Source: an uncultured Candidatus Saccharibacteria bacterium (GTDB lineage: Bacteria > Patescibacteriota > Minisyncoccia > Phycocordibacterales > JACOZG01). From it: DNA of 64,000 nt. Positions 29,120 through 37,820 of this stretch are shown here, one piece after another. Every line of letters begins with the position of its first letter. Within the stretch, counting starts at the first letter, position 1. Under the pieces are notes generated by a model. The model did no database searches, was not told the DNA's origin, and saw only the letters and a list, made by a program, of their open reading frames with translations. The DNA lies in assembly GCA_964448295.1 (NCBI GenBank), contig CAYUVV010000003.1:9543-73542 (forward strand), written 5' to 3'. The position numbers and the translations under genes were made by a program.

Positions 29120-30730
29120 TTAGTGAAAAAATTTGTTGCGATTGGAGTGGGAAAGATGCTCGAGCGCAAAAGATCGGTTGTCGCCCGTCTTTTTCTTGGG
29201 GTTAAAAACGTTCAACGGATCAAACAGATTCTCAATCGCCGCAAAAAGATCAAGAATCGCCGGCGGATACATCAAAGGGAGGAAAGAGGTGCGGACCAAC
29301 CCATCATTGTGTTCGCCCGCCAACCCGCCACCCACTCCCACCACCAACTTGAACACATCTTCCGCCAACTCCGGAATCCAAGCGCGCTGTTGGGGATTAG
29401 TGAGATCCACCAGCGGAATAAGATGAAAATTGCCATCCCCAATGTGTCCGGCCAGCGTGTAGGTCAGCTGGTAACGGCTCAAAATCGCTTCTAGTTTCGG
29501 CAAAAATTCTGGTAAGCGAGGGGGAGGGACAATGATGTCATCAATAAACGGCGCCGGACGGAGTTGCCCGCCCGCGTGTTCACACAACAAACGAAAACTG
29601 GCCCGCCGGATCTGCCAAAAAGCGTTCGCCGCTTCGGGAGAAACGATCTCCCCCGACACTCCTGGCAAATGAAGAGCTTGAAGAGAGTATGCCGCCCGCT
29701 CCACACGACGCAGAGCCTCGTCAGTGGTGGGGCCGGAAAATTGGGCAAGGAGAGAAAGAGCGGCGCCGCCGCTAGCGGCCGCGGCCCGCGCCGTTTCCGC
29801 CAAAAATCGCTTAGCGAGGTCGTAAGTATGACGATCATAAGATTCAAAACAGTCGGGTTGGTGCGCCAAAATTGCGCTCACCACCGCTGGCAAAACTTTT
29901 AAATTGTCGAGGGTAATCACGAGCACCCGCTCGGCGGCCGGCCTCGGCACGAGAGAAAAAACAATCTCCGTAATGATCCCGATGGTGCCTTGCGAGCCAA
30001 CGAACAATTTGGGTAAATCAAGGACTTGCCCGTCCCATAGATCCCAAATCAAGTAACCGGCCGAATTTTTCGACACCTGAGGTTTAGTCCGCTTAAGCAA
30101 TAGATTGTTTTTCTCAATTAAATCCCATAAACCCGTAACTATTCGGGCAAAAAAATTGTCTTGTTTTTGTAGCATTTCCAGCTCGTTTCGATGGAGAGGT
30201 TTAATATCGTGCTCCTTGCCATCGGCCAGAACCACTTTCAAACTTTTTACATAACGGGCCGTGCTTCCATAACGCAGAGTTCTCTCGCCGGCGGCATTAT
30301 TCCCCACCATTCCGCCTACGGCGCACAAATCTTTCGACGCAGTGTAAGCCGGCATCAGCAAACCTTGAGCTAAAGTGGCCTTTTCCAGATCGCGGTAAAA
30401 AACACCGGGGCCGGCGGTAATCGTCTCCCCCACCACCGGCCCAAGCTGGTTAAAATGCGGCATCAAATCCACCATCAAAGAATCGGTAAGTGAGCCGCCT
30501 GACATGCAGGTCCCCGCCGCGCGCGGCGAGAGCGACAAATCTTCGCCGCCGCGGCGGCGTTCACTCACAAACTTAACCAGCCGCTCCAGATCTCCCACAC
30601 TCCGTGGCTGGATCACCGCGCGGGGTTTAACTTCAAAAATACTCGCATCAACACTGTAATCAGCGAGCGTGGTCTCATCGTCGAGTACTACCCCTACTTC
30701 CAAATTTTTTAAATCGTCAACGAAAGACAC
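29120..30730 (-). CDS. FAD-linked oxidase (GlcD / D-lactate dehydrogenase-like)
   Basis: PCMH-type FAD-binding N-terminus (PRAAGTCMSGGSL). FAD-oxidase C-terminal domain. About 536 aa. Confidence 0.8.
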   Translation of the reverse strand: MSFVDDLKNLEVGVVLDDETTLADYSVDASIFEVKPRAVIQPRSVGDLERLVKFVSERRRGGEDLSLSPRAAGTCMSGGSLTDSLMVDLMPHFNQLGPVVGETITAGPGVFYRDLEKATLAQGLLMPAYTASKDLCAVGGMVGNNAAGERTLRYGSTARYVKSLKVVLADGKEHDIKPLHRNELEMLQKQDNFFARIVTGLWDLIEKNNLLLKRTKPQVSKNSAGYLIWDLWDGQVLDLPKLFVGSQGTIGIITEIVFSLVPRPAAERVLVITLDNLKVLPAVVSAILAHQPDCFESYDRHTYDLAKRFLAETARAAAASGGAALSLLAQFSGPTTDEALRRVERAAYSLQALHLPGVSGEIVSPEAANAFWQIRRASFRLLCEHAGGQLRPAPFIDDIIVPPPRLPEFLPKLEAILSRYQLTYTLAGHIGDGNFHLIPLVDLTNPQQRAWIPELAEDVFKLVVGVGGGLAGEHNDGLVRTSFLPLMYPPAILDLFAAIENLFDPLNVFNPKKKTGDNRSFALEHLSHSNRNKFFH

Positions 30731-30744
30731 CCTGCCAGTCTAAC

Positions 30745-30788
30745 ACAAAAAACCCCGTCGGCGTGCGTATGCGCGCTGACGGGGTTTT
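30745..30788 (-). terminator. bidirectional-looking rho-independent terminator
   Basis: AAAAAA CCCCGTCGGCG ... CGCTGACGGGG TTTT, an 11-bp stem with one mismatch. Follows the gene 30802..31521 on the minus strand. Confidence 0.6.
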
Positions 30789-30801
30789 CTACACATCTTT
30801 C

Positions 30802-31521
30802 CTAGAGAGAAAAACAAAAACATTCCCGCACCCGATCAAACACGCCCTCTCGCCGCGAGCCAGGACAGGAAATCGAGACCTGGGCCTGAAACTGCGCCAG
30901 CTCACTAAAGGACCGGTGAACCTCAATCAGACACCATTCAGTTGGTTTAAGAAACTGCAAATCCGCCCCCGGAAGTGATGATCCAAGAAGGTGTTCAATA
31001 ACTGCCGGGTAAGTCACCACCACTACCACGCAATCATCCTTGGCGGGATCAGACAGGGATAACAAGTTCGCAAACATCCAATCATGCAACCACAATTTCC
31101 GATCCCGCAAACAATCAGGATCAAAATACTGATTCAGAATCGTGCCCCCATTCTTGTCTGAAACAAACTCCGGCCACACCTCAAGAAAAGTCTGGGCAGT
31201 CTGTTTTGCCGCCATCCACGATGAAGCGATCATTGCGCGATTGGAGGGCAGTGGCTTTCTAGCCGTCGTCTGGTAGTCGGTTTTAATTTGCTTAGCAGCC
31301 GTTCGAATATACCGTTTCTCTCTATTAGGTATGCAAGCGTCGGATTCAGGGCGCCAAGTATAACCAGCAACCAAAAGAACTAACCAACTCGGGGCAACAC
31401 CGCGCACCGTCGCAGGAAAAGCCGATCGGGTTTTGGGCATACTTTTACTCCCCACAAAAAGAACGTCAATTCTCAATGAGCCACACTGGAAATATTTATA
31501 GCATAAAAAGTTACCAAGCAA
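30802..31521 (-). CDS. hypothetical protein with possible degenerate histidine-phosphatase (SixA-like) fold
   Basis: ASSWMAAKQTAQ resembles the SSPLLRAxQTA motif but lacks the Arg. ...VVVVTYPAVIEHLLG resembles the SixA C-terminus. No RHG motif. Start uncertain. Confidence 0.35.
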   Translation of the reverse strand: MLGNFLCYKYFQCGSLRIDVLFVGSKSMPKTRSAFPATVRGVAPSWLVLLVAGYTWRPESDACIPNREKRYIRTAAKQIKTDYQTTARKPLPSNRAMIASSWMAAKQTAQTFLEVWPEFVSDKNGGTILNQYFDPDCLRDRKLWLHDWMFANLLSLSDPAKDDCVVVVVTYPAVIEHLLGSSLPGADLQFLKPTEWCLIEVHRSFSELAQFQAQVSISCPGSRREGVFDRVRECFCFSL

Positions 31522-32176
31522 GAGGTTGACCCTTAAACCAGAAACCGCCGGTGGGAGGACGCGAAATGGAAAATTTGAAAATCTCGGCGGCGGCTTCGTC
31601 GGGCGAGAGATCGGCCTCCTTGCCGCCCATCGTTGTGCGAACCCATCCCGGATGCACCGCCGACACCGTTATTCCCGTCAAGCGCCGCGCCAAAGTGCGG
31701 GTATACATATTGAGCGCCGCTTTGGAAATTTTGTAGGCGGGGTAATGATCTGGAAAATGAGTGGTTTGGCCAACCAAACTAAGTGAACCAGCCGTTGAAG
31801 AAATATTAACAATATGTGCCGTCGGGCTAAGGCCAGATAGTAAACGCTCCGTCCAATCAATTGCCCCAACGAGATTAACCTCAAGCGTGGCGCGTAACTT
31901 CTCAACTCGCACCACAGTTTCGTCTTCGTCCAAAAGCACACCAGCGTTGTTGATCAAAATATCAATCGGACGTTTCAAGCCCAAAACCTGATCAGCGGCT
32001 CGAATGATACCCTCGCCACGTCGCAGATCGAGTTGAATGACGGTTAATCGTGGGTTATCGAGCGGCAAATTGCCCTCGCATACCGTGCCGATAACCGCGT
32101 CGCCGGCCGTTAAAAATTGTTTAGCCAGAGCCAAACCGATTCCTTGACCCACGCCGGTGATCACCACATTCCGCAT
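31511..32176 (-). CDS. short-chain dehydrogenase/reductase (SDR)
   Basis: TGVGQGIGLALA, NNAG, YKISKAAL catalytic motif. Confidence 0.85.
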   Translation of the reverse strand: MRNVVITGVGQGIGLALAKQFLTAGDAVIGTVCEGNLPLDNPRLTVIQLDLRRGEGIIRAADQVLGLKRPIDILINNAGVLLDEDETVVRVEKLRATLEVNLVGAIDWTERLLSGLSPTAHIVNISSTAGSLSLVGQTTHFPDHYPAYKISKAALNMYTRTLARRLTGITVSAVHPGWVRTTMGGKEADLSPDEAAAEIFKFSISRPPTGGFWFKGQPLAW

Positions 32177-32257
32177 AAAAGTATTTTAACGCAAGAGACC
32201 CCCGTTCGCATCTCACAACGCGAACGGGGGCTCGGCTCTGGCGGAGCCTCATTTTGT

Positions 32258-32860
32258 TTATCCGGTCCAAATTCGACGCCGGGCAGCCGCTAAGGCGATG
32301 GCTCCCATCACCAACGTCGCGGCAGTGGTTGGCTCGGGAACAACCCGCACCGACAGGGTGTCAATCAGCACCCGGTCACTGCCGCTATTAAAATTAGCAA
32401 ATAAGCGCAGCTGGGTGTCCGGGTTATCGTCCCCGTCGGGCGGTAACGGAAAATGAAAATGCTCCCATTCGCCCGCTGGCGTATTGGCCAGCGTCGCTAG
32501 GTTCTGCCAACTGCTCCCGCCGTTGGGCGAAAACCAAATCGAAAACTCATCGCCACCTTCCAAACCGCCATGCACCTTCCACAAACCCTCAAAAACGAGG
32601 CTGGTAAAACCAGTAGTGGAAAACGCGATAGTCATCGTCTCTCCCGCCGGATCACCTACCGGCCCGACGACGTTGCCATACCAATCACCGTCAGGGGCCA
32701 GAGAAGATTCGATGCGCATAAACGACTGTCCGGATTGGATAATCGCCAAGGGAAACGGTTCTTCGAAACCATATTCCCAAATCACCGGATCGGCCAAGGC
32801 CGACGGAGCCAAAAACCACATCAAGCAAGCCAGTACTCCTCCCAAACACCGCCTCTTCAT
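32258..32860 (-). CDS. secreted PEP-CTERM sorting-signal protein
   Basis: Signal peptide MKRRCLGGVLACLMWFLAPSALA. C-terminal VPEP + TTAATLVMGAIALAAA + RRR is a canonical PEP-CTERM tripartite signal. Confidence 0.7.
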   Translation of the reverse strand: MKRRCLGGVLACLMWFLAPSALADPVIWEYGFEEPFPLAIIQSGQSFMRIESSLAPDGDWYGNVVGPVGDPAGETMTIAFSTTGFTSLVFEGLWKVHGGLEGGDEFSIWFSPNGGSSWQNLATLANTPAGEWEHFHFPLPPDGDDNPDTQLRLFANFNSGSDRVLIDTLSVRVVPEPTTAATLVMGAIALAAARRRIWTG

Positions 32861-32974
32861 CGTTCGCTCCTTCGTAACGAGCAGACAACTAAGCCGCGAC
32901 ACTCCTTGTGCCGAAAAGACCTAGTCTGGGAAAGATTCTAACACGAGGATTAAGTCTGTAAACGTAACAATTTA

Positions 32975-33610
32975 TCAAGAGTCGGAAATACCCAAGAGAG
33001 AACGCGCCGCCACGAGCGCGGCTCGGCATTTGGCATCAAAATCTTGCGAGGCGCAGACAGATAAAAATCGATGGGGAGGAAAAACTTTTTTCCAAATCTC
33101 ACGCGTTACCGCATCTAACTGGCCAGCGGTTACTGCGTCTTCGCCCCGCTCTTTATCAATAACATAGAATCCGGCCGTTTCGGAATTAGCGGCCGGACTT
33201 TGCAAATAAATAACGCCGTCGTAACGACCAGCCAGATCACGAAGAGACAAACCAACCCCCTCAACCAGCTGGTGGAATATCCGCTCGGAAGTATATGAAA
33301 AACCATCTAGCGCTCCTCGGTCGTGCAAAAGAACGATCTGCTTGCCTTTCGACGCAACTTTTTCGGCCAGCTCGCGGTAATGGTCCTCCAGAGTTAAAGT
33401 AAGACCCAACACGGCGCGCTGGAAATCTGCTTCTTCAAGAACCCCCGGTGCGCCTCGAACACCGCTAATGTATAACGAACGCGCCACTTCCGGCACCGAA
33501 AAAACTGTAAACCCCAGAGAAGTTAATTCTTTTTGCAATAAAGCCAACACCGTGCTTTTACCCGCTCCCGGACCACCAGTTAAAACCAAGGATCGAACGC
33601 TGTTATTCAT
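32975..33610 (-). CDS. P-loop NTPase (AAA_28/COG3911-like predicted ATPase/kinase)
   Basis: Walker A LTGGPGAGKST close to the N-terminus. Walker B-like LLHDRGALD. Start trimmed to the ATG at 33610. Confidence 0.55.
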   Translation of the reverse strand: MNNSVRSLVLTGGPGAGKSTVLALLQKELTSLGFTVFSVPEVARSLYISGVRGAPGVLEEADFQRAVLGLTLTLEDHYRELAEKVASKGKQIVLLHDRGALDGFSYTSERIFHQLVEGVGLSLRDLAGRYDGVIYLQSPAANSETAGFYVIDKERGEDAVTAGQLDAVTREIWKKVFPPHRFLSVCASQDFDAKCRAALVAARSLLGISDS

Positions 33611-33703
33611 TGTTATGGATACTGGGGTCGGTAGCGGAAAGCCTTGACCGTCCGCATATTCACCTACTGCCACAAATATTATATCTGAAATTTATTTTTT
33701 ATG

Positions 33704-33742
33704 AAAAAATTTAGCCCTGCTCCGACGGATCGGAACAGGGCT
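33704..33742 (-). terminator. rho-independent terminator downstream of the 33780..34439 gene
   Basis: Minus strand AGCCCTG-TTCCGATCCGTCGGAG-CAGGGCT with an internal TCCGA/TCGGA sub-stem, followed by AAATTTTTT. Confidence 0.65.
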
Positions 33743-33779
33743 AAGGGCTAAGAGCAAAGGGACTGAAGTCCCGAGGATC

Positions 33780-34439
33780 TTAGGATTGAGAACCGACTTG
33801 CGAGACGACGAACGCGAACCCGTCCTCACGATCCCACCTGTTGCCGGGCTTGCCGGAGCACGCGCGCAACCAGCGACCATCGCCGTACCGGCGCGCGCCG
33901 AGCAAGCGAGGGCCGCCGTCGGAGTCGTTGATGGGTTCATGCATGGCAGCGATGTACCACAGACCCATCTGCTCGATCTCCTTGTCCTTGAACTTCTCAC
34001 GGATGAGGCAAGCGAGCTCGGCGTTCGGCTTGAACAGCTTGCGCTTGTCGGCCTCGGCGCGGATCTTCTTCGTGATCAGATCGTTGTCCCCGAAGAGCAT
34101 GCCCTTGAGAACGGCGACTTCGGTCGTCACGCCGCTCGTCGGTTTGAAGGAAGGCGTTCGGAGCACCTGCTTGGCGTAGTCTCCGACGCGGAAACCGTTG
34201 CCTTCCAGACGCTTGATCCAGTCCTCCCCGGTCGTGCCGTCCGAGGTGACCGAGAAGTAGATGACGCCGTCTTCCTCGCGCCACGAACGGGTCGGTTTGG
34301 AAACAACCCATTCACCAGAGTTAACCAGGCGAACTGCTTCATTGGGATCGGCTTCTCCAGTCTGACGCATGATGTTCTTGACCAATGCATTCAGCTTGCC
34401 TGGCATCACTTCCGCAATTGCGAATAATTCTGCATTCAT
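33780..34439 (-). CDS. hypothetical protein with strongly atypical GC3-rich codon usage (likely horizontally acquired)
   Basis: Strong SD AAGGAGAT 6 nt upstream of the ATG. The composition is extreme for this genome, and all three overlapping antisense frames stay open, consistent with very high GC3. No recognisable family. Confidence 0.6.
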   Translation of the reverse strand: MNAELFAIAEVMPGKLNALVKNIMRQTGEADPNEAVRLVNSGEWVVSKPTRSWREEDGVIYFSVTSDGTTGEDWIKRLEGNGFRVGDYAKQVLRTPSFKPTSGVTTEVAVLKGMLFGDNDLITKKIRAEADKRKLFKPNAELACLIREKFKDKEIEQMGLWYIAAMHEPINDSDGGPRLLGARRYGDGRWLRACSGKPGNRWDREDGFAFVVSQVGSQS

Positions 34440-34499
34440 GATCGTATCTCCTTGGGCTAATTTGCCCGTTTTGGTTTTCCTCTAATCCGAGGAGGAACT

Positions 34500-34637
34500 A
34501 TGGCCTGTGTGGTCATAGCGAGAAGAGGCCCAGGTTTTAAGCCACTTTTCGCTATGACCAATCGCAAGTCTTATCAAAGAACTATGTCTACTATCATACA
34601 CCTAAACGCCATATTTGTCAAATGTCTCGGATCGTGA
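34500..34637 (+). CDS. possible 45-aa small ORF (MACVVIARRGPGF...)
   Basis: GAGGAGGA SD 3-4 nt upstream of the ATG. It overlaps a 12-bp perfect inverted repeat. It could equally be a non-coding regulatory region. Confidence 0.2.
   Translation: MACVVIARRGPGFKPLFAMTNRKSYQRTMSTIIHLNAIFVKCLGS
34510..34560. promoter_or_regulatory. 12-bp perfect inverted repeat TGGTCATAGCGA-N27-TCGCTATGACCA
   Basis: Seen directly. Lies upstream, in minus-strand sense, of the foreign 219-aa gene. Candidate operator or structured element. Confidence 0.4.
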
Positions 34638-34781
34638 CCGACATGGAAGGTGGACTTTACACCTGTGGTAGCCGGTAAATCAAAAGCATTAGTCGCCCCT
34701 AAAACTCAGAAATCCCGACATAAAGTCGAGACTTTCGAGGTGACATCCAATAAACCACCTGCGGTTATATTGGATACCGTT

Positions 34782-34857
34782 TGGGGTGCCTATCGGGATT
34801 CGAACCCGAACTGCGGCTTCCACAGAGCCGAGTGCTAACCATTACACCATAGGCACC
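34782..34857 (-). tRNA. tRNA-His (GTG)
   Basis: Clean cloverleaf. Anticodon loop CTGTGGA. Encoded G-1 pairing with C73. Encoded CCA. Confidence 0.9.
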
Positions 34858-34875
34858 ATCTGGCGCCGCGACGGT

Positions 34876-35406
34876 TTATTGATAGTGCGGCGGTTCTTCT
34901 TTTATACCAGAGCGGCGGTTCACGAGTCTAGCTAGCGCATAGAGATAAGACGACAGGCGGTTGAGGTAGGCCAAGGTGTCTGGCCCGAGCTTGATCGCCC
35001 CCTCGTCTTGAGCGCGAATCACCCGACGTTCGGCCCGGCGCACTACCGTCCGCGCGTAATCAAGAAGAGCGCCGTCAGGGCAACCGCCGGGGAGAAAAAA
35101 AGATTTGATTGGCGGCAGTTCTTTCTCGATAGCATCAATTGCATTCTCAAGCGCCGTTACTTTAGCCAAGGAAATTTTTTTATCCGCGCCAGCAACTTCA
35201 GCCTGAACGATGAAGAGGTTGTGCTGGACCGCCATAAGGCCGGTAGCCAAATCAGATGACTGGCTGACGGCCCGAACGTAGCCGAGCCAAGAATTAAGCT
35301 CGTCCAACGCGCCCAAGGCCTCGGCGGTTGCCGAGGCCTTGGTTCGGCGCTGATCGCAACCGAAAAATTTAGTCGTACCGCCGTCCCCTTTCTTGGTATA
35401 GAGCAC
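34876..35406 (-). CDS. ATP:cob(I)alamin adenosyltransferase, PduO-type (MMAB family)
   Basis: YTKKGDGGTTKF...D...EALGALDELNSWLG is the PduO-type signature. About 176 aa. Confidence 0.85.
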   Translation of the reverse strand: MLYTKKGDGGTTKFFGCDQRRTKASATAEALGALDELNSWLGYVRAVSQSSDLATGLMAVQHNLFIVQAEVAGADKKISLAKVTALENAIDAIEKELPPIKSFFLPGGCPDGALLDYARTVVRRAERRVIRAQDEGAIKLGPDTLAYLNRLSSYLYALARLVNRRSGIKEEPPHYQ

Positions 35407-35903
35407 TAGCGAGTAACAGTAATCAGATTGTTTGATTCAGCCGAGCAGGCGCCTACCGTAATTGAGCCGTTAGTGTTTCGAGCAAGATAATAACCGCTGT
35501 GATCATCATCCCAGCTCTCACCCGAGCCGTTCGGACTAACCGGCAATTTGCCCAAATAACCATCGGTGACTAGATCACTCAAATCAACGCAACGATTGGC
35601 ATTCGTGACCGCCGCGCAAGCGGTGTTGCAAGCGGTTGTTACGCCGGTACCATTGACTTGATAATTTTCATCTGCTGTTAAGGCCGCAATCTCCGCCAAA
35701 TACGAACCGCCGTTATCCACCTGATCCACTTTCACCGCTGATAGAATCGCGGTGACATCCGTCCAACGACTGGCATCACGGGCGTCCTGGAAACGCGTGG
35801 CCGGGTCAAGCGACACAAACACCACGCCCGCCAGAATTGCGATAATTGCAATAACGATTAAAAGTTCGATTAAAGTAAAACCCCGTCGAAACATTGTTTT
35901 CAT
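35406..35903 (-). CDS. type IV pilin (prepilin with class III signal)
   Basis: N-terminal RGFTLIELLIVIAIIAILAGV, with a Glu at +5 after the cleavage Gly. Confidence 0.8.
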   Translation of the reverse strand: MKTMFRRGFTLIELLIVIAIIAILAGVVFVSLDPATRFQDARDASRWTDVTAILSAVKVDQVDNGGSYLAEIAALTADENYQVNGTGVTTACNTACAAVTNANRCVDLSDLVTDGYLGKLPVSPNGSGESWDDDHSGYYLARNTNGSITVGACSAESNNLITVTR

Positions 35904-35930
35904 ATTATTGACTTATTGCTTAATGGTAGC

Positions 35931-36917
35931 TCAAATCCCGTGCGCTCGGTAGTGGATAACCGGTTCAGAAATTTTGCGGCCGAAACCAAGCCCACCCAAA
36001 GCCAGCCCTGCGGCCTCAAGATAGTAATAGGCCTCGCCGCGCAACCAAAAACGGCGCAGAGCGTTATGATCATCGGAAAAGATCGGCGGCAAAAGAGCCA
36101 AACGGACAGGAAGAGACAAATTTTTACCAAGAGCTTGGGTAATCCCCCGCCGCTGGCTGCCACCACCTGCTAAAACCAATGCTTCGGGCTTAAACTGGCG
36201 CGCATTTGTTAAATGCTCGAGCGCCGCGGACAGGGTGGCCAAAAGCTTGGCTTGGTCATCGCCGGGGGCCGGAACCAAATAAGCGCCGAGCCAACCGCGT
36301 TTGTCGAAAGCGCTTAATTGGCTCACTCGCGACCCCAAATCAAGCAGGGCGACGGGTGCCAGCGGCGCGCCAAGAAAAATACCACGCGCCAAAGCGACGG
36401 GTTCCGGCTCGGCCGCCGCTAGATGAAAACCGGATCGCCCAAAAAAACGCCACCAAGTTTCAAGGGTTATCCGGCTAACCGCCACCAGCAGAACGGAAAT
36501 GAGATCTGGCCCCGCCTCACCCAAAACCTTGTAGGCGACCACTTGTTCCTCGGCCGGCAACGGGAATAAGCGCGCCGCAGCGGCAACGGCCGCCGCGCGC
36601 GCGCGGCGCCGGTCGGCAAAATCGGTCGACGGCAACCCTAGCACTTGACTATAAAACTGTGTTTCCGGCAAACCAAAACAGGCCTGGCGGCTACGGATTG
36701 GACGAGGCAAGGCCGCGCGACAAACCTCCTCCAGCGCTGTCCGTAAAGCCGATTCATCAAGGATTAAACCATGCTTGACCACCCCCGACGGCAACGTTGT
36801 TCGTCCAGCGGCCACCAGCGTCGGTCGTCCCCAACGCGATGCCAGTTCCACCACTTCAATGGTGGCGTCCGAAACGTCGACCCCTATCATTCGCCGAGAA
36901 AAACCGAGCCAAGTCAT
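35931..36917 (-). CDS. PilM-like actin-fold pilus assembly protein
   Basis: IGVDVSDATIEVVEL N-terminus typical of PilM/FtsA-like proteins. Sits in the pilin locus. Confidence 0.55.
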   Translation of the reverse strand: MTWLGFSRRMIGVDVSDATIEVVELASRWGRPTLVAAGRTTLPSGVVKHGLILDESALRTALEEVCRAALPRPIRSRQACFGLPETQFYSQVLGLPSTDFADRRRARAAAVAAAARLFPLPAEEQVVAYKVLGEAGPDLISVLLVAVSRITLETWWRFFGRSGFHLAAAEPEPVALARGIFLGAPLAPVALLDLGSRVSQLSAFDKRGWLGAYLVPAPGDDQAKLLATLSAALEHLTNARQFKPEALVLAGGGSQRRGITQALGKNLSLPVRLALLPPIFSDDHNALRRFWLRGEAYYYLEAAGLALGGLGFGRKISEPVIHYRAHGI

Positions 36918-36924
36918 CAGTACA

Positions 36925-37338
36925 TTAATTGCCGCGACGCCAGTCTATTAACTCAACAGACCGAGGACCAACCGTCGCCTTCGACCAAAGACGCTGACGG
37001 TACTCTCCTTCCAGAGCAAAGACCTCAATACCTCGATTCGTGGAGTCCAATTTCATTACTCTAATTATACACGTAGGTAATGAAGGTTGAACGATGGTAA
37101 CAGGGGTCGCGACCGCAAACTCACTATCGCGTCGCAAACCAAGCAAAGCCAAAGATAAACAACCGTCCGCCGCCCGAGCGATCCGGTCGCCGGCGGCGGC
37201 GGTCGTGGCGGCGAGCAAACGATTCAGGCCCAAACCAGCCACCCCGAGACCGGCGGTCAAAAGAAAGGCACCGAGCGAAAGCACGAGCAGTAAAGCCACA
37301 AATCCACCGCACCCCCGATGATTAATTATTATTTTCAT
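36925..37338 (-). CDS. hypothetical membrane-anchored protein (pilus locus)
   Basis: One N-terminal hydrophobic segment. Overlaps the upstream pseudopilin by 4 nt. Confidence 0.3.
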   Translation of the reverse strand: MKIIINHRGCGGFVALLLVLSLGAFLLTAGLGVAGLGLNRLLAATTAAAGDRIARAADGCLSLALLGLRRDSEFAVATPVTIVQPSLPTCIIRVMKLDSTNRGIEVFALEGEYRQRLWSKATVGPRSVELIDWRRGN

Positions 37339-37820
37339 CTTTCTCCAAGGATAAAACGGGTTTCGACCAACCCCGAAGCGGCGAAGCGGGATCGCGACTC
37401 GGTTTCCACCTCCAAACTAGCTTGGTTGCCGGTTCCTAAATTGCGAAATCGCAAAGCCTCGATAATGAGAGCGTCGCCCAAAATTATTTCTTCCGGACCA
37501 CCACCAACTATCACCCCCACGCGACCATTGGCCAACCGGAAACGGACTTCTTGACCGTCTCGCCTTTGTAATCGCAACTCATCAGAGGTCTCTCCAGAAA
37601 GAGGCATGAGCGTCGCGGTGGCGGCGATCTCCTGCTCCAGCGTTTGCCACCACCGTCGCCATTCACCGTCCGCTAAAGCCCGAGCTTGGGCATCAGCCAT
37701 TGCCCCAGAGACGTTCAGGGCAAACAATACAAAACTCGCGCCCACCACCGCGAGCAGTGAGACATAGAGAATTGTCTCAAGCAAACTAAAACCACGAACA
37801 CAGGAGGGGTTTGATTTCAT
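37335..37820 (-). CDS. pilin-like / pseudopilin
   Basis: RGFSLLETILYVSLLAVV prepilin-type N-terminus. Confidence 0.6.
   Translation of the reverse strand: MKSNPSCVRGFSLLETILYVSLLAVVGASFVLFALNVSGAMADAQARALADGEWRRWWQTLEQEIAATATLMPLSGETSDELRLQRRDGQEVRFRLANGRVGVIVGGGPEEIILGDALIIEALRFRNLGTGNQASLEVETESRSRFAASGLVETRFILGER

Noticed and set aside
30802-31521. Annotating this gene as an active phosphohistidine phosphatase (SixA)
   Set aside because: The RHG motif is absent and the catalytic Arg of the SSxxxRAxQTA motif is replaced. It is kept as a hypothetical, possibly degenerate fold.
33786-34427. 213-aa plus-strand ORF and two further minus-strand ORFs overlapping the 219-aa gene
   Set aside because: They are open only because of the extreme GC3 of the real gene. 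They have no SD or ATG context, and the protein-like composition is on the minus-strand frame that carries a strong SD.
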